Shown one piece after another: positions 13,583 through 26,554 of a stretch of 64,000 nucleotides of DNA. The translations under genes and the position numbers were made by a program. The notes beneath the pieces were generated by a model. That model was not told the origin of the DNA and searched no databases. It was given only the letters and a program-made list of their open reading frames with translations. The first letter of the stretch is position 1. The number at the start of each line of letters is the position of its first letter. The DNA comes from Raillietiella orientalis (lineage: Eukaryota), in NCBI GenBank assembly GCA_036172245.1, contig JAYWIR010000036.1:682001-746000 (forward strand), given 5' to 3'.

Positions 13583-14290
13583 AGGCGTCTACGAGGAGGA
13601 AAGTCATGGAAACGATGCGCGACTCTCAGAGGGAGCGAGGATGGCTGGAACTTACTTAGCAACATCCAGACCAACGAAAGGCCATGCGAGGACTGCATTG
13701 TTCCTCCAGCTCCTTTCTCATTACGGGGGAATATCTCCGAGTTGCTGACTACCGCTTCATTCATGCGGCTAGGTCAAACTTCTGCCAATTAGGGGTATGG
13801 CGAGGAAATGCCAAGCGGAAAAATCGTGCCGGCGCTGTTACTTGGGACGAGACCCTGCCTCACATCTTGAATCCCTGTGTGAGTATTCTTGTCTCTACAC
13901 AGCAAGACGCGATAGCATCCTGAATAGACTGTTGGTAGCAGCAAAAGACGCTGCAGGACGGCAGTTGGTGTCGTCTGACAAGACCGGACCTGGTACTGCA
14001 GAAGGAGAACGTATACGTGCTCGAAGTCTCCTGTCCATACGAGAATACAGCCTCCCGAGAATAGAGAAAGAAGGGAAATAGCAGGAGATAGCCTTGCAGC
14101 TCGAAAAGATGGGAATCAGACAGAAGCCAGAGTCATAATCTTCGGCTCCTTAGGAATCTGGGATCCTCGGAACAACGCAGTTCTTCTCGAGATTGGAATC
14201 CCTTAACTGTATGCAGGAACAAGGAGGCGTCTGGTGGTGGTATCCTCCTGCATATAATACAATAGAGATAATTATTAAACACATCGTCTT
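13583..14290 (+). mobile_element. 5'-truncated, decayed RLE-type non-LTR retrotransposon (NeSL clade, Utopia-like), C-terminal region
   Basis: Frameshifted motifs occur in canonical order: YLRVADYRFIHAAR, CRRC..ETLPHILNPC (zinc knuckle), RRDSILNRL, RPDLV..LEVSCPYEN (PD..D/E restriction-like endonuclease), IFGSLGIWDPRNN, RRLVVVSSCI.YNRDNY. It is directly preceded by the U2 5' fragment. Confidence 0.8.
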
Positions 14291-16045
14291 GGTCACCCTC
14301 CATATGACGCCATCAAGAAAAAGAAAGAGGAGGAAGATGAGAAGGAGAAGAGAGGGTGAACCCTCGCTTGTTGCGCGCTCCTCGTCCATCACCAGCGCAT
14401 CTTCACTAGGAAAAAAATTTGCAGCCAGCTGCTCCCCCCCCCCAGCCCCAGATATTCCGCAACAGCAGCGAATCCGCACCGTCCACTTCATTTGTCGCTC
14501 TGGGGAGCCGGCCTCCAGGTCTCGAAACCCTGGGAACGGCGACGGTCAGGAGCAATTTACGGACATTGGAGAGCTCGGCACCTGACAGGCGAAGGCGGTC
14601 TTCGTTCACGTGGTCTCTGTTCTAGCGCTGCCATCGCCTCTTTTCGCAGCTCACGGCGCGCGACCGATCGCCACTCACACCTTCATCTCTGCCTCCCGTC
14701 CTCCATCGGGGACTCGTCGGAGTAGCTCGTGAGCTGTCCCGAGGAGTTGGCTGGGAGGGAGCCGGGCGCCTGTGGGAACTTGACATGGGGAACAGAGGGC
14801 TGCTACTTCCACCGAGGACAGGAGGTCCATTCATTAATAGAGGAGGCAGGCGCAGCGCCAACCGTCCTCTCTGCCGGTGCTGCTCCAGCACTACCTCCAA
14901 AGATCCGAGGCAGACTCAGGTTGCAGCCTGGAAAGGGGCTTGGTCGGGAGCACGGCACGCCCTACACCCGGAGGACACCCCACGTTTGCTGGTGGTTGCG
15001 GCGAAGGCAGAGGCGCCTGCGCAGGCCGCCGGCCCGTTTCTCACCTTCCATCCCTCCAGTCGAGTGCGTGGGTGAGAGGGGAGCGCCTCTCCCTTTTCAG
15101 TCTTCCTAATCGCTTGGCATTACCCACTCACCCCGCCGATGGGCACACCGGCGTCCCCCAAGACTCGTTCACGCCCTTCCTCCGCTGGCGAAAGGGCCCA
15201 CGAGGAGCGCGAGCTACCTCTCACTCTCCGATCCTCTCTTTTGGACCGATGATGTCGCCTCTTCGGGCCCGCTCACAAGGAATAGGGAAGAGGCGATGAT
15301 CGCCTTCGATGCGGACGTCGGAAATCGGGAATGTATGGTTACCCGGGAAACTAAGTAAGAAACACGGAGGAATGAGACGGCCGCTTCTTGATCCCTCCCG
15401 CCATCCCTCGATCCGCAGGAGGAGGTGCCGGACGGTTTCGTGGCTGCTGTGGTCTCCCGAGTGCTCCACGAAGGCGGCCAAGACGCGGGAGCTTGCAGGA
15501 GATTCTACCACCTTCCGCAGCAGGAGGATCCACCTCGAGGAGAGTCCTTCCCTCTAAGTCCCGCACTCCCGTCAATCCACAGGTAAAAATGGAAAGGCAG
15601 GAAAGGGAAAATCGGGGATACCATGGGATCTGGGCGGTCCAGTGAGGGTTCCCTAAGCGGAGGACCCTTGGTCCAGCCGCTCCCGGGGAGGCTGATGAGA
15701 GCAAAGGATGAGGACCAGGAAGGTCAACGTCAACACTCCCCTCCATCGGCAAGGTGCTCTGTTGTCCCTCTTCCATGTTTCCCTGGCACGGCGGCGGAGC
15801 AAACCTCCTGCTGCGCAGCCTTCTCCCGTCTCCCCTATGCCGTTGCCCAGCATCCCGTCCGGAGCGCTTGCTCTGCGGCCGCCGCCGCCCGGACCGCGTG
15901 CGAGCTGCTGGCGTTCACTACTTCCTGTGTCCGTCCACCAGGTGGGATACCGCCGAGACCGCATGAGAGTACTGGCGTTCCTGAGCGGCTTCTTGCACCC
16001 GAGGGAGAGGAAGGAGCCTGCTTTTGTCCCCGCTCCGCTGTTTAG

Positions 16046-19000
16046 GAAGCTGAAGGAGGATGGAAGCAAGAAGAGCGTCTTCCTGCTCCTGGACATGCCC
16101 GGTTACGCCTCTGGAAACCTCCGAGCCTCCCGAACGACGACGACAGGGGGCAGGGAGCGGCAGCGACGGACGCTGTCGAGCATCCTTGCCGAGTTCTTAA
16201 GAATCTCGTCCTTTCACTCCTCCCACAGGATCCACAGAGCGCGGTCCAGCCTATCCACGGTGCTCTGGTCCGTTGCCTCCGTAGTGGCCTTCCTCCTCCT
16301 CCTGTACCAGCTGATGAACTTCGTACGCCATATCCAGAGTGAGGACGCCTTCTACGAGCTGCAGTACTACGAGACCAGCCAGTCCCAGATGGAGCTCCCC
16401 ACAATCACCTTCTGCAGCTCTTACCCGATGAACCTGCGGGCCTTCCAAAGGATCTTCAACGGATCCGGTAAGTTCTGGAGAAGGGGAAGGGGGGGAGTGA
16501 CTGAAGGCACGCGAGCCTGCACGACGACTCCTGAAGCCAGGAGCCGCTGCCGCAATCTGTGGACCGGCGGTCCTACACTCCCTCCTTTCGCCTACGATCC
16601 CTGCGGGCGGAGTGCGTGTACTTCCGTCAGTTTCCGCAGAAACCGCCTGAAGGCACTGTAGTTCTCTCACCGCGTCTCCCTTCCCCCCCCCCTCCTTTCC
16701 CGACGGGGTGGCTCCCGCGACTCCGGGACCCAGGAGTGCTCCCTCCTGAAGACGAAGCAGCAGTTCACCCTGTGGGGTGCGCCACAGGGAGGAAGGGGGG
16801 GGTTTAACACGGGTCAGGGAAGATCCAGAAGAACGGGTATGAGGAGACCCCTGATAGTGGCGACGCTTCTTTGCGTGTGCTGCTGCTTTGCATTGAGTTG
16901 AGTGTCGATGCCAGAGTCCCGCGAAGAAAGGGCAGGATAGACGGTGATCCCAAGAGGAACTGCACCTCTCCCTTCTTAGTCTCCGCCCCCAGCAACCTTC
17001 GCTCGCACGCACGAAAAAAGGGTGACCCTCGGCTCTCTATCGACGGCATGGCAGCCGGAACTCGGCTTGCGTGCTTTCCCTGCGAGAGAAAAAAGAGGGG
17101 GAGAGAGCCGCATCCCGCGGCGCTCGGTGACCCCATTTCTTGCTTGGGTTCGTGGAGGACAACTAGGTCCAGGCGTGTGCTTCTTCCGTGGTGCCTCGCC
17201 CCTGCGCTCACGACTCGTTGTTTTCCTTTGTCGCTCTTCCTCTTATCGAAGAGCGGCCGCAGCAACTGCTCTCTCCTTGCGTGACGGAACATGAGCTTCC
17301 CGGCAACCTACCAGCGCCCTGCGAATGCTGCGGCTCGTCAGCGTCTCTCATATCAAAGAGAGACGCTGACGACCAGCAGAGACCCCCCGTCCTCATTTCC
17401 TCCCGCTCAGGAGAAACGAGCGGCTCCTCCACAGTCTTCACTTCCGCATCCTACTCCAGGCACTCCTTTCGTTCGACCTTGTGCGGGGCACCATCTCTTA
17501 GGCGTTGGCGGCGTGCGCTTGCAGTGCCGGCTCGCGACTCCGGTCGCCAAGGAGACACTTGTGTTTGTGTTCCAGGGATCAGGCCCCGAATCGAGCAGTT
17601 GTTCTACCTCATGCTACCCGCCCTAATCTTCTTCCTGGACTACGACCAGTTCTTGGACAAGGATTTCCGGATGAAGCACAACCTGTCCGATTTCTACTGG
17701 AAGTTCCGTGAGGTGTACCCGCACGACCAAGCCCGGCTCATCCATGATGTCAGCTTTCGGTGAGAAGCTTCACCGGTGATGCGCAACTGCTCGCTGACAT
17801 TCTGGACCGTTTGGAGACACGAAGGGGAGACGCTCTTTCTTTAGCGTGCTCGGAGTCCGTCGGTCGGAAGGGCATGCGTGTCCCGAGGCCAAGGAGGGTC
17901 TGAGCACCCTTCGATCGCCCCTGCGGCCTCGTTGCCCGCGCCTGTGCCAAGAGGCGGCGAAAACCAAACGGCTCCTTGACGCTTGAAAAGGGAGCACGCC
18001 TCGCCGTTTTGCGCGCAGAGTCCCGTCTGCCGGCAGATTGCGCACCTTTCCGGAGGCTCCTACAAAGACGGGAGCTACCAGAAAGGGAGTTTCCCGGAGG
18101 CGGCGGGTAAGGCCCGTCCCGGGGATGCGCGGTCTGTTCTTCGCACCCTTCTCCTGATGCACTGATCAAGACCTCACGCGTGCTGCGGGCAAAGCTAGGC
18201 AGCAAGACGTTTGCGCTGTTCCTTGAAGTTTTCAAAATTTCCTCGCCCTGTCCCTTCCCATTCTCTCCCCTCTAGTTCTCAGTAGAACTGAAAATTCTGG
18301 AAAAAAAAAAAAACCGAATGCTTGGACAGCGCATGCCACCAGACTGAAATCGACAGTGATCTACTCATCCGTTTCTCTAGAATGGAATCTAGTGTTGCAC
18401 TTTGACACACGTATCTCCTGGTGTCGGCACGCGCATCGGCACGTATCTTCTTCACATTGATCCCTAGGCGCAGACGTTTTTGCTCCTGATTCGTGCGTAC
18501 GGGAACACGTTCGGATGCACACTGAGCCTCTTCCACTGATCATCACACACGCGCATATACTAGAATATTCCTAGTTTGCACGCGTATGTACTAGACACGT
18601 ATAAACACTGTCCTGCGGGGGCGGAGTGCACGACGACCGCTCCCGCAGGAGCGCGAACGGCGCTCCAGCAAGGCTCCCGCAACAATGGAATGTTTCCGGT
18701 GTCGTCCGGTAGAGTGCGCGGGAGGGAGGAAACTGCGAGAGTCCCTCGGCAGCCATCGCTTGTGGGCCTACATCGAAGTGTCCGTTCTGATAAGATGCAC
18801 GAGCAGGTGGCTTGCCAGGGGAGCTCTCTGGAGATGTGTGTGTGCATGTGTGAAAAGATGACCTGGCCGTGGGAGCGTGGTCTCCGTCGTCGTCCCCTTT
18901 CATCTTTTTCCCTTCCCCTCCTCCTCCCCTCCTTCTCCTCCTTTCCCCCCGCGAGAGAAAAAGCCTTTCCGTCCCGGCGAGTCGAACGTTTGCAAGCCTC

Positions 19001-22000
19001 CTCCTCCGTCCAGATGTGAGGACCTCATGGAAAAGTGCCGCATCTTCTGGCAAGAAGAGATCGACGGGAAATCGTGCTGCCAAAGGTACTTCAACCAGAC
19101 TGTCTTCACTATCTACGGAAGGTGTTTCTCTTCGTGGGGGACGCGATTCATCCAGCACAACCTTGATTTGGACGACGATCTGGAGCTGTGGCTGAAGTTC
19201 CCCAAGGAGCCAGGTGAGCAGGCGGAGGGAGAGGACGGGTGCACGCGCGGCGATGTCCGAAATATTCCAGTTCCTGGCTACGAGCGCACCACGTTGCTCT
19301 GGAAGGAGGTGGACATAGTTCCGGTGTTCCTGACGTTCCCAGGACAGCAGCTGATGTTCTCTCAGTCCATCACCTACGCGAGGGTGAATTTCTGGAACGA
19401 GTTCCAGCTGAAGAAGTTAGTGGTAAGAGAAATGCCGTCTGTTTCGCCGTCCATCCTGTCACATCCGCACGCGCAGGGTTGCAGGATGGGGGCAGTGGGT
19501 CCCTGGATGGAGGGCAGGAACTCCAGGGGGACCCCCCACGCTTCGGAATCTCACCTGCTGCCTACTCTTCCGCTCGTCGAGTCTCCCGCTTCCGAGAGGT
19601 TTCCTGCGCCCCCTTCGCTCCTGCGCCTTTCGGGGTCTCGTACACCTCCTTCACGCAGGCCCGCTTTCCCGCACCAGTGTCCCTGTGGCTTCCCGCTCGC
19701 GGGTGAGAAGTCGCATCCAGCGAATCCGCGGCATCTCGCCGCCGCCGCCTTTACCCTCCCCTCCCCCCCCCCTTCGCCATTTAGGAGCCCCTTGGGTCGG
19801 TCTTCCTCCTCGGCAGTCGAGGAGGAGGGTGAGCACTGGGCTGTCCGGGTCGACCGCGCTTGCGCAGATGACTGGGAGATGCTTCGCCTGTGTCAGGCCG
19901 CAGCAGCGCTCTTTGTTTTTCAGAAGGACAAGAGGAGTTTCACGGAGTTCTACACGACGAACAGCTTTCCCTACTTCAAGAAGACGGCCGACAGCGCCTC
20001 CGAGTTCGAGAGGAAGAATTTCAACAATTGCCCGCTGGCCAGGAACAATATGGAAAGGTGGCTGCAGACGTACAACTGCGTCCCTCTCTTCGTCCCGGGA
20101 GGTATTTTCTGGATTCCTTGAAGCACAGAAACGCTGAAGGGCCACTGCCTCTCGCCATCTCCGCGAACGTTTCTTCGGGTGCGGTAGGGACACGCGGAAA
20201 AGCGACGTCCGGCCAGGAAAGCTGCTGATGGCCTCCCCCCCTCCATTCCTCATCCGCAGTTCCGTGCTCTCCTCGAAGTATGGGGAACGATTCTCCCTTT
20301 CCGGAGAAGAGAGGAGGTCCATTCCGTCCACGCCAGGTCCGTCTCGGTGCGTGTCGGGGAGCGCGAGAGCTGATACGGTGGTCGCCGATCGAGACAATGA
20401 CCTTCCCCCGTTCCTTCCTCGCCTCGTGAGGCCCTGCTGGTGAACCCTTCCCCCCCACACCAGACCCGAACAGGAGGTGGAAGGGGAGTTGTGGGACGGC
20501 GAGATTTGGAGATTCTGCGTCTCCTCGCGCGAGGAATCACCCGAGCAAGAGAGGGGTCCTGCGTCCGCCCCTTGGTTGCGGTCAAAGAGAAGGAAACGAT
20601 TCGGGTTTTCGGCTCTTCTAAGGTCAAAACGGAAAAAGAGGGGCTACCCCATCCCCACCTCCTCTCAGCGCTGGCCACTTGTTCTTCAAAAAGAGAGTAA
20701 GCCAGATTCCATGTTCTGCGTCGCGTTTCGCTGTCACCAAGCGCGCACGGGGTTCTGAAAAACACCTCCGCCTCTCTCGCCATTGGGGTGGAGGGCCTTC
20801 TGCCCCAGTCGCTGGCCGGACCATTCATCACAAAAAGTACACAAAAGTGTAGTGTGAATGCGTGGACGGATGGCTTGAAAATGCTGCTGCCGAGAGAAGG
20901 TGTCGCGTGCGGCGCCCTCAAGCTCCGTTTCCTGGCATGACCAGAGCTCCAAATTCATCCTGAAGGTTTTTCTTCCTCTTTATTTTTTTTTCTTTCTTTT
21001 TTTCCTCGAGGCCTGCGGATCGTGTTTACAGAAGGGAGGGATAATGGAGCACGCATAAGAGGACGCGCCGAATTTGCCCGCGAGCCGTCTTCCCGGTACG
21101 CGGTCTTCCAGCAGATGGAGACGTATTGGAAAAGCAGGCGGTTGCCCACAATGTGCGCCGCTGTATCCGGAGGCCAGAGGCAGCTGCACGGGAGTTCTCC
21201 TCCTCGGTCCCGTGAGGGTTCAGGGAGTATCCATTCGACTCCGTGGACACTCCGATAAAGGAATGCCGTCGGGGCACGAATTTCGTGGCTACACGAAAGG
21301 GAGGTTTTGCGCACAGGACAGCTCGTATCCTCGCGCTTTTGTGGGGTGGGGCTGTCTCTCTTTTCCTCTGTGTGTGTGTATGTGTGTGTGAAACTGAAGC
21401 TATGATTTTCACGAAGCGGAAAAACTGGGGAAGGTGTGCGATCCCGAGGACACCTTGAAGTTCACGAAGAACGAAGAGAAGCACGTCTGGAGCATACAAG
21501 GTGAGTCGCGAGCGAGGATCGTTCCGGATACGTTCCTCCTCTTCCTTCGCAGATACGTGCTCGTACAGTGCTATGGAAGAGACCCTCGATGTGATGCTGA
21601 CACCACTGAACAGAATTTACCGCACTCAGACAGATGGCCCAGCCATGAAGTACGTAAGCGAAACGATGCTCCTGGGAACGGAAGGCACAACCCGAACGGT
21701 TTCCCGTAAACAGCACGCACGCGCGCACCTGCTGTTTGCTTCCTGCTCCACGAAAGCAGCTCCGCCAAGCGCACCGACGTGGAACGAGCCGGCCGGTCAT
21801 GGTTTGCCGGTCGCCAGGGTAACCGAGAGGCTCTCCCGGCTTTGGGTCGCGCAGCGCGAGAGAGCACTCGGTGCTATTCTGTTGAACGCTGCAGCTGGAG
21901 CAGAGGACTCCGCCGGCGAGCCAGTGCGCATGCTTGTCGGGTGGGGACGTGGAAGGGGATGCGCAAACACGCAAATCCTTACCCCCTCCGTCCGCCTCTT

Positions 22001-22956
22001 CTTTTCCTCCCCGTCCTTGTGCGAGTGCTTCCGGAAGCTCCCGGAGAAAAAGGACGTGGGAACGATCCCACACGCCCCCCCCCCCCTTCCCTCGCGGATA
22101 GTCACAAAAGGCGTCGCCTCCGGAGACGCGCAACATGCGGACGCAGCAGCCAGACCCTCCCGTAGGGACAGCTACAGCGCCCGCGTTTCCGAAGGCGCAA
22201 GCGACTCCCCCGCGCCCCAGAGCCAGAACCGGGAGCAGCGTCCTCGCTTGTCGCTGGAAACTCCCTGCTTCCGGGCAGGGCAGCCTCCGCGGCGAGCGTG
22301 AGGTACGCTCCCCACTCCCTCGCCCCCTTCCCTTTGAGGAGTGCGGAGCCGTTTTTCCCCTGGTGCGAATCATGCGCCGCATACCTGCAATGCCTCGCGA
22401 TGGGCCGCCACCTTGTGGGCGCCGTTCGAGTTCCGCGGCCGGCATGCCTCCAGCCCTACCCGTCTTCCAGGACCAACACGTTCATCCTGATACACTACAT
22501 CAGCTTCAGCGAGACCATCCTGAGGTTCAAGAGGGCCACCTTCAACGACTGGTTCGGTGAGTGGCGGGCCCCGACTCCCCGCCGGGATCCCCTGCTCCCG
22601 GGCACTTCCCGGAAGACCCACCGGGTCCCTCCACGGCCGGTCTCCTGCGAGGGTGCACCCCGCTCATCCCAGTGGCTCCAGAGCGGCCGGCCACGCGCAT
22701 CCGTAAGCGCCTGGTGGAGGGGCACCTGCGCGGGAGGGGTTCTCTCCTCCTTTTCCTCCCTGCCGAGTTGCAACGCCCTCCTCTCTTCCCAGCGTACATC
22801 GGCGGTAGCCTGAGCTTCACGCTAGGCGGCAGCGTCGTGTCGCTACTCGAGGCGGCGCTGCTGCTCTTCGAACTGTTCGCCCTGGGTCTGACCTGCTTCC
22901 TGCCCGGACGCAGTACAGATTCCCCGGTGAAGAGGCGGACTCCCACCAGGGAGTAG
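16046..22956 (+). CDS. DEG/ENaC (pickpocket/ASIC-like) sodium channel subunit, at least 9 exons
   Basis: Phase-consistent GT-AG exons 16046-16467, 17576-17759, 19014-19213, 19271-19422, 19924-20101, 21417-21500, 21553-21649, 22471-22556, 22793-22956. Motifs: TM1 (VLWSVASVVAFLLLLYQL), LPTITFC, TIYGRCFS, Cys-rich thumb, TM2 (AYIGGSLSFTLGGSVVSLLE). First in-exon ATG is 16095; an upstream exon is possible. Confidence 0.9.
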
Positions 22957-23499
22957 CACGGCGAGGCGGTCGCTGGACAGACCCCGAAATAAAACGCTCG
23001 TTCCCCGCTCCCTCGTTCTTTGCCTCTCCAGACTGGTTCCTGGGACGCCACGCGCGCGAGCGGCGCCACTCGGACGCCCCGGACGGCCGATTGCCCGCGG
23101 CGGCCATCGAGCGGCACCGGGAAGCCGCGAGCGTTGGCGCTGCTCACGGCTTGGGTCAGGAGGCTCCGGGATGCAGCGGCTCCACCCGAACTTCACGGAA
23201 GCTCCAGCTGCCCCAAGAGGCGCGTCTCCGCGCATCCATCTTCCTCCGTCCCGTCTTTCGTCTCATGCAGCCCGGCCCCGCTCGCTCGGGCCTGATGGGG
23301 GGAAGAGCCGGTCGAGTTTGCGTTTCCAGGACACCCACAGGGAAGCGTCCGCGGCTGGCCCGCCGCTTCCTCTGCGATGGATCCATCTCTTCCTCTCCGC
23401 TTCCTCGAAACCATCTGTCTGGTCTCGCGCGCCTGTCCAGCCGCCGAGGCTCGGACCCGGGTCAGTACCACCACAGGAATTGGTTTCCGGAAGCGTGAT

Positions 23500-26300
23500 C
23501 TCTACTGGAACCTCGGGGAGTTTCGGCGCCTGTCCCGCAGCCTCAAGCGCACGCATCGCTTTCCAGTACCCGCCTGCAGGCGGACGACATCTCACGGAGC
23601 GTCGCTTTGTTGCTGCAATCATCATTTCTTCATCATTTTTTCTCCGAAGGAAACCCGGAAAGGATCTGCCGCTGGAATTCCTTCTCCGGAGGACGCCCGC
23701 AAGCAACCTCTTCTTTGTTTCCTTCACTGAAGAGAACTCCGAAGAATCGCTTCCAAATTTCTCTGGGGGGCCCTCCCCACAGGGAGCAGCTCACTTGTGC
23801 TCTGGAGAGCCAATCTCCCTCAAGGATGTCAACCAGCTCCATGGTACGGCTCCATTTTCGCATCCAGAGGGGAACAACTGCGAAGGGCTCTTTGATGTCC
23901 TGGAAACACCCCGGAGGATCGAATTCCATTCCCGGCCACTCGATGGGGGCATCCGGGGTTTCCCGACTGCTTCCTCCAGTGCGGCATACCAAGTCTAGAG
24001 GTCAACCAGCGTCGTCCCGCGGGGGGACTCGAAATCCACGACGCATTCCCGTTCGGCATATACCTTCCCCGCATTCTCACGGCCGCCAACGCGGGCGCTT
24101 TCTCAGGGGGTTCGCCTGGGTCTTCGCTATCCACTTCGCATATGAGCCAGGGATGGCGACTGGCTTCCACTTGGTGACGCCGCCACCCTTCGAGATGGTC
24201 TCTCCAGCCGCCCGTGGGTTCGCATTGGCGGGACCCGCGGCAGGGGCGTCATGGTCTCCTCTGCTGGAAGGGATTCTTAGGTAATTTCTTCTCCGTCATT
24301 TGGAACCGCGCGACGGTGTTCCGGCTCTCCTGGATCTCACGTTCCCAGTGCGTGAGATGTCCTTCCAGCCGATCAGAGAACAACTGCATCTCATGGTAGT
24401 TGCCACCGGTGGCGAGCTGCTCGCAGCCCCTGATCGGTCAGCAGTCCGGTGCATCAACGCGGAGAGCTCCCGGATCCCAATGAGCAACAGTTGAGTCTTA
24501 TGGGCATTGACCTTGAGCCCTAGTCCTTTCTCCGTTGACTGGGCTGCACCGAGAAAAGCATACCGATCCCACTCTTCCTTCGACAAGAGGGGATCGGTCG
24601 CATGCGCCCAAGTGAAGCAGACTGTCGTCATCCACTTGGTTTTCTTGGAAGCGGCTGCCCTTCCGGATCAGCGACGGCATTGTTGCCACGTAGATCGCGA
24701 ACAGCATCGGACCAAGGGCGTCTTCATGGCAGACTCTTGCATCCATCCTAATTGCGCCTGCGTCCAGTCTGACTTTCAATTGTTCTCTCCAAGTACTCAC
24801 TGAAGTCTCCGGTGAAGCTCAACTTCCGGAGCATCTTGGACAGCATTCTGCTCCGACAGAGGGAGCTGGGGAGTCATCCTTCTGCCCGTACTCAGGTCAT
24901 CAGCTGCCTGGGTGGCCCCGCAGGTAGACCGGCGGGTGCCGTTGGTACTAAGTGACGGGCCCGCCACGTCCTCGCGTAGATCCAGGAACGCCGCTTTGAT
25001 CTCCCGGTCCGCGACATCCTCCGCGTCATTCTGCTGTCGGAAACTCGGCTCTCCCCAACAGCTAGATGAGATGGTGACGGAACTCCTCCATCTCTCCTTC
25101 CGAGATCCGACAACCCCGATACTCGCGACGGGTGTGGAGGGTGTTCGTCGTCGGGCTCATTTTTTGCAGCATCCTGATATCCTTTCTCCGGGATGCTCTG
25201 GTCCGGGCATAGTTCCCAGTACACGGAGAGAGAGTGGCGTCATTGGTGCGCCGTCCGCTGCGCCTGCTCTCAAGCTCCAGTCTGCGTGCTGCATGTCCGA
25301 AAAGAGGTGCACCACGAGCTCCAGGATTCCAGTCGTACTCGCGTGGGATGTCGGTCGGTACGGTGAACAGGATCTGCGCCGGCCGGGCATTCCCAAGAGC
25401 TCTACCCTGGCTTCCGTGCTTATTTCCTAGGGTTATGGAAGTTCGTATTGAGGAGCAGCGCGAAAGTGGTCGGAGAGGGGGACAGACAACTCATGGGACC
25501 CCTGAATTCGGTTGCCGACGCCCTTCGAGAAGAAAACGCCTAGTGCTGAAGAATCGTTCGCCTCCTTAGTGACGATGGGGGAGAAGGGAGAGGGGAACCC
25601 ACGGAGCTCATTCAGCACCGTCCACGTCACCTGAGGGTGCATGTCAACGCTTCAAGTTAGGGGGTTATCCCGGAGGGACCACCCATTGAAGGCTCCGGAT
25701 GAAGAAGGCCGTTCTTCTCACTCTCAGTAGGGAATGAGGTAGGTGATCCTCGCCCTGGTTGTCTCTGGAGGAAACCCGCCAGGGAATCTCTTCCTTGTTC
25801 TCTGCGGAGGGACCCCAGGAAGAAGGGGCACTCCTCATTTCTTCTTTGGAGGTCACCCACAAGAGAACTGCTCCTTGTTACTCCTCTTAAGAGCACTCCG
25901 AAGGGACGCTTCCCAGGTTTTCTGAAGAGTCGCTCCCCGAAGATAGCAGTGCACTTCTGAGACTCTGGAGAGGTATCAACCAGCTCCATGGAACGAGATG
26001 GAGGGTCCCTCCTTTGAGGAAGGGGGGAGACTCCAGTTCAGCAAACGGAGGGAAACCCCCAAGGGAACCGACTTCTTGATTCCTGGAAGCACCCTGGAAT
26101 GCCGGGTCTGATAGTCCCCCCCAGAAGCCGATACTCCTTCGAAAATCCAGCGTCTTCTTATCTCCAAGTCGATGTTGCAGTCTCCCATGATGGCTGACGT
26201 GCTTATATGTGGCCTTGAGCAGGTTTTCCACAGTCAGCACAAAGGCATCCTGTTCCTGTTTGGCCCTAATACACGTTCACCACGAATAGCTGGACGCATC
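23500..26300 (-). mobile_element. Decayed APE-RT LINE (L2/CR1-like)
   Basis: Endonuclease remnants MGDCNIDL (~26188) and GEDHL (~25750). RT remnants LGPMLFAIYV, QVDDDSL and LGLKVNAHKTQLLLIG (24800-24480), plus an SRL motif near 24000. Many frameshifts; ends approximate. Confidence 0.7.
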
Positions 26301-26554
26301 CGCACCACTCCACCCTGAGCACTCTCCGCAGAAAACTTCCAGGGGGACCGGTACACGCGTATTCTTCACCAAGATAGTGCCCCTTTCTCCCCTTAGGTTG
26401 TGTACGCTAGTTAAAGACAAGCTACCTTTGGGGATATTGGTTCGCGTTGGAGTTATGCGGTTCTCTCCTGTCCGACTGCGGTGGAGTGTATCTTGATATT
26501 TTTAGTTACCCGGTAGAGTTCCCATTTTCCCAGGTCTCACAAGAGGTGCGGTAA

